The translations under genes and the position numbers were made by a program. The notes under the pieces were generated by a model, which was not told where the DNA came from, did not search any database, and was given only the letters and a program-made list of their open reading frames with translations. Below, piece by piece: positions 1 to 9,800 of a stretch of DNA of 64,000 nt (its first letter is position 1; each line of letters starts with the position of its first letter). The DNA is from a virus. Its lineage: Duplodnaviria; Caudoviricetes. The DNA is taken from positions 4,022 to 68,021 of the IMG/VR virus record IMGVR_UViG_2974760311_000001, one strand, 5' to 3'.

Positions 1-2
1 AT

Positions 3-278
3 ACCCAGGAGCGGGTTATCGCGGCTCAGGGCGACGTTCAGAAGGAATTGCAGGAAGCGCAGGCGAAGGCTCAGAAGGAGCTGGCCGCGCAGAACGCTAA
101 GGCTCAGGAGAAGCAGGCGGCGGCTCAAGCTAAGGCTCAGGCCGCTGCCGCTTCTGCGGCTGGCCCTTCTGGTGGCGCGTCGTCGAGCGCGGCTCGGAAG
201 ACCAGCTCTACGTCTAAGCGGACGCCTAAGAAGCAGGGCGGGGTGAACGGCAACGACCCGGCTAGCAGGGCGGCCTAA
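3..278 (+). CDS. C-terminal end of probable portal protein (partial, runs off window start)
   Basis: Frame open from nt 3; Ala/Gln/Lys-rich tail; position directly upstream of the MuF-like, scaffold and capsid genes. Identity inferred from synteny only. Confidence 0.55.
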   Translation, partial: TQERVIAAQGDVQKELQEAQAKAQKELAAQNAKAQEKQAAAQAKAQAAAASAAGPSGGASSSAARKTSSTSKRTPKKQGGVNGNDPASRAA

Positions 279-300
279 TAACTGAATAGAGGGGGGATGA

Positions 301-1356
301 GTGGCTGAGGCTGACGAGAGGGAGGACAAGGCCACTCTCCCACTAATCGCGGTTCCTGCCCTGGCCGCTTGGTATGCGACTCAGCATGTCGAGCGCCAGG
401 AGCAGATCGCGGCCTCAACTGCGGCAGGGCTAACCCTGTTGTGGCCGATTATGAATTTTGCTGATCTGGACGGTTCGACTCCAGCTTGGCTGCACGCAAC
501 CACGCTACAAATTCAACAGGGCTGGAATGAGTCAGTCGACGCGGCGAATGAGTACGTGCAGCAAGCATTGTTTGCGAACGAGCCAGATGCAACGCCACCT
601 GATCCGGTGGTGGTTAAGTTTCCCGCGCAGGAGATTCAGACTGCGATGCGGGTTCGTGGTCCCGTCGAGGTTAAGCGCCAGGTAGCTCGCGCTGTTCCTG
701 AGGACGAGGCTATGAAGGCCGGTGAAGTGGCTTCACAAGCGGTGGGGTCCACTAAGGCGACTGACGGCGGTCGCGCGACGGTTTTGGAGTTCGTACGTAA
801 AGAGGCCCCTAAGCGGCTTAAGCAGGGGAAGCCTATCGGGTACGCACGCAAGACCGACAACAATCCGTGCTCATTCTGTGCGATTTTGGCGTCACAGGGG
901 GCGGTTTATTACACGGAGACTGCTTTCGCGGGGTCGAACTCGAAAATCCGTGAGGTTAAGTGGTCTAGCAATAGAGACAAGGGCAAGCGGCGCGCGTTCA
1001 TCGGTGATGGACCGGCGAAGGTGCATGACAACTGTCAATGCACGATGCGACCGGTTTTTAGTGAATCGGATAAATATGATGAGCGCGCCAAATATTTCCT
1101 TGAACAGTGGATAAAGCACGGCAGTGGCGGGGTTGGTCCGGACGGTAAATACCGGTCGGCTGAGCTTAACTTTCGTCGTAACTACGTGCCGCCTCCACCC
1201 TACAGCGCAGATGTGCTGGATTTGAGCGAGCGCCGGAAGATTCTTTCCGACGTTCAAGAGAACCGCGAGCGGCTTATCGCTCGTGGCTTCGCGGCGGATT
1301 CGCCAAACGTCAAATTTATTGACGATTCGATTAGGAAACTAAGCGCTTCAGCTTAG
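301..1356 (+). CDS. Capsid maturation / MuF-like minor head protein
   Basis: 351 aa; YARKT..NPCSFCAILASQGAVY and HDNCQC motifs typical of actinophage MuF-like head proteins; lies between portal and scaffold. Confidence 0.7.
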   Translation: MAEADEREDKATLPLIAVPALAAWYATQHVERQEQIAASTAAGLTLLWPIMNFADLDGSTPAWLHATTLQIQQGWNESVDAANEYVQQALFANEPDATPPDPVVVKFPAQEIQTAMRVRGPVEVKRQVARAVPEDEAMKAGEVASQAVGSTKATDGGRATVLEFVRKEAPKRLKQGKPIGYARKTDNNPCSFCAILASQGAVYYTETAFAGSNSKIREVKWSSNRDKGKRRAFIGDGPAKVHDNCQCTMRPVFSESDKYDERAKYFLEQWIKHGSGGVGPDGKYRSAELNFRRNYVPPPPYSADVLDLSERRKILSDVQENRERLIARGFAADSPNVKFIDDSIRKLSASA

Positions 1357-1409
1357 GACGCGGGACAGTCACGCGTTTTCAATTGACTGGCTTAAGTGAA
1401 GGAAAATTA

Positions 1410-2021
1410 ATGTCTGATCTTAATAACGATACCGAGGACGTTACCACCCCTGATTCTGCCGCTGATTCTGGTGGCGACAGTGGCGGCGGTGATACCGGCT
1501 TCAAGCCTATTACCTCGCAGGAGGATTTCGAGAAGGCGCTTTCGCGTCGGATTGCCCGCGAGCGGAATAAGTACAAGGACTACGACGACCTTAAGGCTAA
1601 GGCTGCGGAGTTCGAGAAGCTACAGGCTGAGAAGGGTACCGATATTGAGAAGCTGACGCGTCGTGCCGAAAAGGCTGAGCGTGAGCTTGCGTCTCTGACG
1701 GAGAAGCTGTCTAAGGCTGAGCGCATGGAGATGGTTCGGGACCTAGCTGACGAGATGGGTCTGCCTAAAAAGCTGATCAAGCGTGTTCAGGGCGATTCTG
1801 AAGAGGATATTCGCGCAGACATTGAGGACCTTCTAGACGGTCTCCCGAAGCCCGAAAAGAAGGCTGAGGCTGATGGTGGCGATAAGGATAAGGAAAAGAA
1901 GCCGCCGACTCAGGCACCTAAGGCCCGTATGACGTTCACCGCTACTGGTGACGAGGCCGATGAGGGCTTGGAGCTGACCGCCGACGAGATCCTTAAGGAC
2001 GTTCCTCGCGGCGGCGTCTAA
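1410..2021 (+). CDS. Capsid scaffolding protein
   Basis: Acidic, coiled-coil (FKPITSQEDFEKALSRRIARER..YKDYDDLKAKA); ATG at 1410 after GAAGGA; precedes capsid gene. Confidence 0.85.
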   Translation: MSDLNNDTEDVTTPDSAADSGGDSGGGDTGFKPITSQEDFEKALSRRIARERNKYKDYDDLKAKAAEFEKLQAEKGTDIEKLTRRAEKAERELASLTEKLSKAERMEMVRDLADEMGLPKKLIKRVQGDSEEDIRADIEDLLDGLPKPEKKAEADGGDKDKEKKPPTQAPKARMTFTATGDEADEGLELTADEILKDVPRGGV

Positions 2022-2064
2022 GTAAGCAAGTCATAACTGAATAACAAATAAATAGGGAGTATAT

Positions 2065-3216
2065 ATGGCGCACATTTTTGTGAAGCCCGAACTGGTCGCT
2101 GAAATCGGTGTGAAGCAGCTTCAGCGCGAAATCGTTCTACCGAGCCTGGTGTGGACCAACCCGCTAACCAACTTTGGTGGGTCTAAGAACGACACGATTA
2201 CCGTGCGCGTGCCCGCCATCACCACGGCTAACTCGCGCGATCTGCGTGATAGCGACCGGTCGGTCACCACGTCTGAGCTGGTCGAGCACTCGTTCGGCGT
2301 GACGCTGGATAAGCACATCTACGCGGCCCTGAAGTTCACGGACGAGCAGCGGACGTTGGACATTCGGGACTACACCGCTCAGGTGCTTGTGCCGCAGGTC
2401 AGCGCGGTTGCGTACAAGCTTGAGGATTACATCGCTCAGCTTATCGAGAACGCTCCGTACGAAGAGACGATCCTGATTGACCCTGAGGACACGGTTCCCG
2501 CGTTCATCACGGCTGATCAGCGTCTTGGTGAGGCGTTCGTGCCGAACGACCAGCGCGTTCTGGTTGTGGGTTCGGCTGTTGCTGCGGCTCTGGCTAAGGA
2601 TAAGCAGTTCCGTCATGCCGATTGGAGCGGCGATCAGGCCAACTCGGCTCTGCGTGAGGCGCATGTCGGTCGCCTGGCTGGCATGAACGTCATTAAGTCG
2701 CTGGCTATCGCGCCGGATAAGGCTTATGTGTGGCACAAGACGGCCTTCATCCTGGCTTACCGTACGCCGGTTGTTCCGGAGGGTGCTAAGGCTGGCGCTT
2801 CGTTCTCTGCGAACGGTGTGGCTCTGCGTTGGCTGGCCGATTACGACTACAGCAACTTGGGTGACCGCACCCTGTTGGACGTGTTCACGGGCCGCAAGGT
2901 CGTGACCGAGGTCGACGGCAGCTTTGTCCGCGCTCAGGAGCTTCAGCTTACGGCTGACAGCATCTCGATTGTGGGCGGCGATTTCGCTCTGCTGACCACG
3001 ACGGGCACCAGGCAGCTTAAGGTCCGCGATTCGAACGGCACCGACGTTACGGCGCGTTGCACGTTCTCTTCGAGCGCGACGGGTAAGGCCACGGTTTCGG
3101 CTACGGGCAAGGTGACCGGCGTTGCTGACGGTGAGGCGACGATCACGGCGTCTTACGTGCCTCCGCAGGGTGGTGCTGCTAAGACGGCGACGGCTAAGGT
3201 CACCGTCCCTGCCTAA
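2065..3216 (+). CDS. Major capsid protein with C-terminal Ig-like domain
   Basis: 383 aa; HK97-like N-terminal part (NDTITVRVPA); C-terminal Thr/Ala/Val beta-rich segment (FSSSATGKATVSATGKVTGVADGEATITASY) resembles Big_2. Confidence 0.85.
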   Translation: MAHIFVKPELVAEIGVKQLQREIVLPSLVWTNPLTNFGGSKNDTITVRVPAITTANSRDLRDSDRSVTTSELVEHSFGVTLDKHIYAALKFTDEQRTLDIRDYTAQVLVPQVSAVAYKLEDYIAQLIENAPYEETILIDPEDTVPAFITADQRLGEAFVPNDQRVLVVGSAVAAALAKDKQFRHADWSGDQANSALREAHVGRLAGMNVIKSLAIAPDKAYVWHKTAFILAYRTPVVPEGAKAGASFSANGVALRWLADYDYSNLGDRTLLDVFTGRKVVTEVDGSFVRAQELQLTADSISIVGGDFALLTTTGTRQLKVRDSNGTDVTARCTFSSSATGKATVSATGKVTGVADGEATITASYVPPQGGAAKTATAKVTVPA

Positions 3217-3226
3217 GGGGTAGCTG

Positions 3227-3694
3227 ATGGCGGGTCTAGCGACGATTCAAGAGTTGCAGACCCTCATGTCGGAAACGTTCGTCGGTGATGAGCTAGCGCA
3301 GGCGCAGCTTGTGCTAGACATCGTGTCCTCGTGGGCACGGGTGGTGTCGGGCCGGTCTTGGCCCGACGCCCCCACCGATGTTCCCGATGACGTGCGGGCT
3401 GTTGTGTTGCAGGCGTCCCGCCGTGAGCTTAAAAACCCAGACCGCGTTATCTCGCGGCAGATGGGTCCGTTTAACGTCCAGTATTCCCAGCCACCGGACG
3501 GGTTCTTTTACCCGGCTGAGATGGCGATTCTGAAGCGCTTTCGGCGCTCTGGGGGTCTCCGGACGGTGAGCACGTCTCGCGGTGAAGAGGGACGGCCTTG
3601 GGCCGGTAAAACGGCGTACATCAACTATGAGGGCGGCTCTCTGTTTCCCTTCTGCGCTGAGGATGAGGGTTACGGGGTGGTGGTGCCCTGGTGA
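3227..3694 (+). CDS. Head-to-tail adaptor
   Basis: LATIQELQTLM..AQLVLDIVSSWAR..VRAVVLQASRR..NPD..ISRQMGPF; position after capsid. Confidence 0.75.
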   Translation: MAGLATIQELQTLMSETFVGDELAQAQLVLDIVSSWARVVSGRSWPDAPTDVPDDVRAVVLQASRRELKNPDRVISRQMGPFNVQYSQPPDGFFYPAEMAILKRFRRSGGLRTVSTSRGEEGRPWAGKTAYINYEGGSLFPFCAEDEGYGVVVPW

Positions 3695-4014
3695 ACGAAG
3701 AGACCATAACGGTTATTCGCGGTGAGACCGACAAGTACGGAAACCGCACGAATAGTGACGAACGCACGGTTAAAGGCATTTTCTCGTGGGGTTCGGGGTT
3801 CGGCAGGGACAGGCAGTCTCGGGGCGAAACCGCCAGCCTTACGACGGAGCTGTACGTGAAGCGGAGTGTTGACATTCGGGCGCGTGACCGTATTAAGCGG
3901 GCTAACGGGGAGCTGTATGCCGTGGTTGGTCACTCGAAATGGGACCAGGGCCACGCTTTCGACGGGTTCGATTTTGGCTACAAGGTCTATCAAGTGGAGG
4001 CGGTGACGGGGTAA
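3691..4014 (+). CDS. Head-to-tail stopper
   Basis: 107 aa, DKYGN motif, beta-rich, GTGA overlap with adaptor; synteny. Confidence 0.7.
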   Translation: MNEETITVIRGETDKYGNRTNSDERTVKGIFSWGSGFGRDRQSRGETASLTTELYVKRSVDIRARDRIKRANGELYAVVGHSKWDQGHAFDGFDFGYKVYQVEAVTG

Positions 4015-4445
4015 TGCCTGCTGCGGGTACAACGATTGGTCACCAACTCACCGATATTCAGGTGCCGACGCCTAACCGGGCGCTGGCGGCGATTCTGCTA
4101 AGCCCCAACATGGAATTGCTTATGCAAATTCTGGGCGACGAGGTTGTCTTAGCGTATCGCGCTGGTGTTGCTAAGCGTACGGGCCAACTTATGCGGTCGG
4201 CGGCGTCGCAGCCAAAGATCGGCGGCAAGAGGAATGACCGGTGGGTCGCGCATGTCACTATCGGCGGTGAAAAGGCTATCGCTAAGTGGCACAGTCCGCG
4301 CAACCCTAACCCTAACGATCTGTTCTTTTACGGCGTTCTCCATGAGCATGGCGACGGTGGTAACCCGCCCTCGGGGTGGGATTTTCCGGCGCACGATGAC
4401 TTGGCTAAGGCTGTGGCGGTCGTTAAGGCTAAGAATGGGCTGTAG
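4014..4445 (+). CDS. Neck/tail completion protein (HK97 gp10-like position)
   Basis: ATG at 4014 overlapping the upstream stop; GVLHEHG motif; synteny. Confidence 0.55.
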   Translation: MPAAGTTIGHQLTDIQVPTPNRALAAILLSPNMELLMQILGDEVVLAYRAGVAKRTGQLMRSAASQPKIGGKRNDRWVAHVTIGGEKAIAKWHSPRNPNPNDLFFYGVLHEHGDGGNPPSGWDFPAHDDLAKAVAVVKAKNGL

Positions 4446-4453
4446 GGGGGTTT

Positions 4454-4942
4454 ATGGCTCTGGTGCTGCCTGAATGGTACGAAGAGACCTTTGTCAATAT
4501 CGAGAACCTGTTTATCGACATTTTCTCGAAGCTATTGCCGAATTATGAGTCGGGGTGCTGGCTGCCTGACGACTGGCTGGACGATGCTGACCCCACTCCT
4601 ACGCTGTGGTTTTTCCGTATGCCGGGTGGGCAGGTCGACTGGGACCGGCGTAAGGATGAGTGCCAGTTGCAGGTCATGGTGGTTACTGGGTCGCGTGATG
4701 ACTCGTGGGACCTCATGAATTTCGTGCGGTCGATATTGCTGCCGATTCAGGGTGACAAGTTCAAGATGGCTGATGGCTACACGGCGCAGATTCATAGCGC
4801 GCGGGAGGTAGCGGGGCCGGTTTTGATGACCCCTAATCAGCGTATCGACAACCGGGTTATCACCGCGACTTTCCAGGTTTCGGTGTCGATGAAAACCGCT
4901 AAGAGCTTTAAGCAGTTCATTTATGAGCTGTTTCGTTCTTAG
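4454..4942 (+). CDS. Tail terminator
   Basis: 162 aa directly before the major tail gene; FFRMPGG..D..QLQV pattern. Confidence 0.7.
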   Translation: MALVLPEWYEETFVNIENLFIDIFSKLLPNYESGCWLPDDWLDDADPTPTLWFFRMPGGQVDWDRRKDECQLQVMVVTGSRDDSWDLMNFVRSILLPIQGDKFKMADGYTAQIHSAREVAGPVLMTPNQRIDNRVITATFQVSVSMKTAKSFKQFIYELFRS

Positions 4943-4969
4943 TTCATAACTAAATAAGGACAACTGAAT

Positions 4970-5872
4970 ATGGCTGATTTCTACACGATTAAGGATGCGC
5001 AGGCCGATCTTGCGATTGCGCCGCTGAATCTGACCGTGCTGTTGGCCCCGTATGACACTGTTCCGGCGCTCACCCTTGAGTCGCCCACGGACGGTGAGCT
5101 GGCTATCCCTGACGGCTATAAGTCGGTGGGTCATTTCCAGAAGGCTGCGGGTCTAACGCTAGGTAACGAGTTCGACTCGACGGATATTGAGGCGTACGGC
5201 GAGCCTGAGCCGATCCGGACGATTACTTCTAAGCGGACGACGACCTTTGAGTTCTCGCTGTACCAGAACCAGCGCAACGTGCTTGAGCTGGTGTGGACGG
5301 AGGACTTCTCGGACGTTCAGCCTACGGAGTTCGGTGGCATTGTTCTGGAAGCGCCTAAGGTGCCTAAGAACATCTACTACCGGGCGATTTTGGTCGGCAT
5401 GGACGACCGTGGCGACCGTCCGATCTGGATGTACTGGCTGCTACCGAAGGTGAAGCTGGATCGTCTGGACAATCAGACGCTCAACGACGATGGCGTCATT
5501 GAGTACAAGCCGACGCTTAAGGCGTTCCGTGACGACGTTACGGGTTACTCGGTCGCTCAGGGCTTCGCTGGGCCGGGTTGGCGCGACATTGTTGCGACGG
5601 CTGGCTTCGCTTCGTCGCTGACGGCTCTGTCGGCTACGCCTAGCACGGTCTCTGTGACTGTCGCGGAAGGTGAGAACCATACGGCTCAGCTGTTGATCGA
5701 GGGCAATAACGGCATTAACTACACGCCGGATGTCACGTTCACGTCGAGCGATCCGACGAAGGCGACCGTTTCGGATTCCGGTCTGGTGACGGGTGTCGCT
5801 GCGGGTTCGGTGACGATCACGGCCAAGAAGGGTGCGCTTGAGGCCACCGTTGCGGTGACCGTCTCGGCGTAA
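4970..5872 (+). CDS. Major tail (tube) protein with C-terminal Ig-like domain
   Basis: 300 aa; EAYGEPEPIRT motif of actinophage tail tubes; C-terminal TSSDPTKATVSDSGLVTGVAAGSVTIT Big_2-like segment. Confidence 0.9.
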   Translation: MADFYTIKDAQADLAIAPLNLTVLLAPYDTVPALTLESPTDGELAIPDGYKSVGHFQKAAGLTLGNEFDSTDIEAYGEPEPIRTITSKRTTTFEFSLYQNQRNVLELVWTEDFSDVQPTEFGGIVLEAPKVPKNIYYRAILVGMDDRGDRPIWMYWLLPKVKLDRLDNQTLNDDGVIEYKPTLKAFRDDVTGYSVAQGFAGPGWRDIVATAGFASSLTALSATPSTVSVTVAEGENHTAQLLIEGNNGINYTPDVTFTSSDPTKATVSDSGLVTGVAAGSVTITAKKGALEATVAVTVSA

Positions 5873-5886
5873 GTGTTTTAAGGGGA

Positions 5887-5925
5887 ATGAGGGGGGCGAG
5901 CTTAGGTTCGTCCCCCTCATCTCTT
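5887..5925 (+). terminator. Intrinsic terminator-like hairpin after major tail gene
   Basis: ATGAGGGGGGCGAGC-TTAG-GTTCGTCCCCCTCAT followed by CTCTT. Confidence 0.6.
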
Positions 5926-5960
5926 GCTGTTCAAATTACTAAAGAAGGGGAAATAGACTT

Positions 5961-6263
5961 ATGGCTGAAAAGAGCAAGGAACTGGGCGAGTTGGTTGGTT
6001 CGCTGTTCGCTGATCTGATTGAGTCGGTGCGGGTGCCGGAACCGCTTGAGGTTGCGCCTGGCCTGACTGTTACCAACCCTACTAAGAAGCAGGCTAACGA
6101 GCTGTTCAAGGCCGTTACCGAAGAGGATGCGCAGCGCATTATCTTCGGCGACCAGTACGAGCGTGCGATGGAGCTTTTCGATCCGCAGCCGGTGCAGGTT
6201 TGGCAGAAGTTCATGGAGAAGTACAACGAGCACTTTTTCGGGGATAAGGACTCGGGAAAGTAA
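5961..6263 (+). CDS. Tail assembly chaperone (short form)
   Basis: 100 aa after major tail; ends in slippery heptamer GGGAAAG (6254-6260) immediately before TAA. Confidence 0.85.
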   Translation: MAEKSKELGELVGSLFADLIESVRVPEPLEVAPGLTVTNPTKKQANELFKAVTEEDAQRIIFGDQYERAMELFDPQPVQVWQKFMEKYNEHFFGDKDSGK

Positions 6264-6787
6264 TCTACGCTGCGGATATTGTTGAACGGTATTGGCGTGC
6301 GATCAATTGGGATTTCCAAGAGATTTTGCACGTCAATGCCTACGACTTTTTCGCGGCACCTTGCCGTTGTGGGCAGTGCAAGGAGCGGTATGGGCATGAC
6401 TTGAACGCCAGGTATGCGTCTCGGCGTACGTGGGATCAGTTCATCATGTTCTATGAGACTCTTTTGCAAATCCGTGGTTCCTATACGCAGTCGATGTACC
6501 TGCATGACCCAGAGGTTATCGAGCTGCAAGCTAACGCTAAGGATTCGGACTGGAAAGCGAACACTAAGCCGCCGTTGTTCAAGTGGACGCCTGAGATTGA
6601 GGCGATGTATTTCATTGCTGATCAGGTTCAGGCTGGACGGGTTAGTAAGGCTGACGACTTTAAGCCGTATCCGCGTCCGGAGATTCCTTCGGAAAAGAAG
6701 CGGAAGCAGCGTAAAGAGTCGAAGCAGCTCTCGGGTATTGAGGCCGCTTTGGCTCGTGGCCGTGAGTCGAAATGGGTCACCCTATAA
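5961..6787 (+). CDS. Tail assembly chaperone, -1 frameshifted long form
   Basis: A -1 shift at GGGAAAG enters the frame VIYAADIVERYWRAINWDFQEILHVNAYD.., which is continuous with ORF 6326-6787; same heptamer as lambda G-T. Confidence 0.85.
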
Positions 6788-6816
6788 CTGAATAATAACT
6801 GAATAGAGGGGGCACT

Positions 6817-9800
6817 GTGGCTGAATACGTTGCCGCCCAAGCGTCGGTGCTTATGGTGCCGACGCTTGGGAAGGGTGCCAATAGCTTCCAGTCGAAGCTA
6901 AAAGCAGAACTAAAGAAGGTCCGCGCGCAGGTCGACGTTCAGGTTAATGCTGATACGACGGCGATGCTGGCGCAGATTAAGGCCGCTAAGGAGGCGGCTG
7001 AGCGCGACCCGATCAACCTGAAGGTGAATGCCCGCCAGGCGACGGTGGGCCTTAACGCGGTCAAGCGCAACCTGAACGACTTGAAGGATCAGGCTCGTCG
7101 CGGCCTGGTGGTGAACCTGACGGTCGCGGGCATGTCCCAGTTGACGCAGCTCGGCTTGGCTATCGCTTCGCTGAACACGTCGGTGGTCCAGTTGGGCCAG
7201 TCGATGCTTGTGCTGCCGGGCATTGTCGGTGGTTTGGCGTCGTCGGTGACGACGGCGGTGGTGGGCACGCGGGGCTTGACAGATGCGTTTCAGGCGCAGT
7301 CGAAGGCGTCTAAGAACGTGGCCGATTCGGCTCGTCAGCAGACGATGGCTAACCGCGCGGTGCGGGACTCGACGAGGGACCTTAGCAACGCGATTCGGGA
7401 CGCTAAGCGTCAGCTTGAGGACCTGAATGCGCAGCTTCGTGATGCGCCTCTTGATGAGGCCGAAGCCATGCTTAACCTGCAAGAGGCTATCGCTGAGGCT
7501 GCCGACAAGGCCGGTAAGACGGCGTTCGAGCAGCAGCGGGACCAGCTTTCGGTGGCGAAGGCTGAGAGTCAGCTCGCGGAGACGCGGCGGCGCAATCTGC
7601 GACTACAGCAGGACGTGCAGGAGGCCAACGCTAAGGGCGTTCAGGGCAATGACGCGGTGGTCGCGGCTACGGAGCGGTTGACGCAGGCGCTTGAGGATGC
7701 GGCGCGGGGCACGGACGCGATTCGGGACCTGGCCGATGCGATGGGCAACCTGTCGCCGAATGCTCAGGATTTCGTCAATAAGGTCCGCGCGCTTGGTGGC
7801 GCGTGGGGCGAGCTGCGCATGGCGGTTCAGGATCGGCTATTTGCCAATCTGGGCGACGATATTCAGGCGTTGGCGGGTAAGGGTCTGCCGACACTTCAAG
7901 AGGGCCTGACGGGCATTGCAGGGGCCATTAACGGCAACTTGCGGCAAGCGTTCACGTCACTCGGTAGCGATAACAACCTGAGTCTCCTAGAGCGGCTGTT
8001 CGGCAACACAGAGCAGGCGCAGACGCTTTTCTCGCGTGCGCTCGATCCGCTTATCAGTGGTGTGCTGCGGTTGACGGCTGCGGGTTCGGATTCGTTGCCG
8101 CGTTTGTCGGATGCGTTTGCGTCGGTGATGAACCGGTTCAACAACTTCGTCACGGCGGCTGACAATGACGGTCGTCTTGATAAGTGGATCGACGCTGGTC
8201 TTAACGCGCTTACCGATTTGGGTAACTCGCTGATCAACATTGGTTCGATCCTGAATTCGGTTCACGAGGCGTTCACCGGTACTGGCGGTAGGGGCCTGCT
8301 TGAGGTTTTGGCTGACGGTACTAAGCGTTTGGCCGATTTCCTTAAGGGCGCTGAGGGTCAGGAGAAGCTGCGGCAGTATTTCTATTCTGCTCGCGCGGAG
8401 TTCCAGAAGTGGAAGCCGACGCTGGAACAGATTCCGGGCATTATCAGGAATGTCATGGCCGCTGGTCAGGCGTGGGCTGACATGTTGTTGCCGTTCCTTA
8501 ATACGGCTGCCACGTTGCTTAAGGAGCATCCGGCTCTGGTGGCGGCGTTGCTCTACACGTATTTGACGTGGCGCACGATTCAGCCGGTTATCACGGGCAT
8601 TAACACTGCTCTGAGTGGTATGCGTACGGCGCTGGATTGGGTGAGCCGGGGCTTGGGCGACGGTAACAGTGGCGCGAACGGCAAGCTGTCGCGGTTTGCG
8701 AGCTTCATCGGTGTTGGTGGTCCGATTGCGACGGGTGTCGCGGTGGTGGCTGGCCTGCTACTCAATGAGTATGCGACGGCGCAGAACGAGGCCGCGCAGG
8801 AGACGGAGTACCACGCGAACATGGTCAATCAGCTCCGTTCGGAGATTGATGACCTGACGGGTTCGCTTACCACGGGTGGCGCGATTCGCCAGTTGCAGCG
8901 GTTGAGTAATTGGCAGAACTTCAACCTGACTGGTGATCCGTCGTTCAACATTCCGGAGATTGCCGACAATTTGGGCATTAACCGGGCGAAGTACCAGCAG
9001 GCGTTGAATCCGACGCAGCAGGCGGCGCGTAATGAGGTCGAGGGCGATCTTAAGAAAATCCTCCGTGAGGAATTGCTTAAGCCGGGGAACATGTACTCGG
9101 AGAACACCGAGGGTTTCCGTGAGGCTCTGGACAAGGCGAAGATTTCGATTGACGATCTTGTCGAGGCTCTAGGCGGCACCGACCAGTCTGCGGTTAAGAA
9201 GTACGAAGAGGCGTTCGGTTTCGGCGGTCCTGGCTGGGTTTCGATGAAGAACTCGGGCACGCTGATCCGTAAGCCTCCGACGCTTTCGGACGTGTTGCAG
9301 GGTTACGACACGAAGTTGCCGTTTGATCTGGGCGATTTGCCTGCTCTTAGCCCTCGTGGTTTGGAGGCCGCTAACGCTCTTAGGGTGCTGCATGACGAGT
9401 CGTCTACCGCTTTGCGGGTGGGTGAGGATACTCGCCGTAACAACGAAGCGGTGTTGGGCAAGGCTGAGGTTAGGCCGGATTCGCCGCTGGCGCGTTTGGG
9501 TTCACCGAGGGCGTTCTGGAATTCCAACGGCGATGGTGGCGCGACGGTCGAGGTTGATGCTTCGCAGGTTCCTCCGGAACTGATCGAAGCTGTCGGCGGC
9601 GAGCACAACATTGAGCGGCTGGCTGATCGGCGTACAAAGATCAAGTTGCCCAAGGAGGTCGCGGAAAAGTACCTGTATCGGCGCGCTGGCGGCGGCTTGA
9701 TGGACGGTCCTGGCACGGGGCGTTCTGACTCGATTCTGGCGATGTTGTCGACGGGTGAGTTTGTGACTCGCGCTGATTCGGTGGCTAAGTACGGTCGGGA

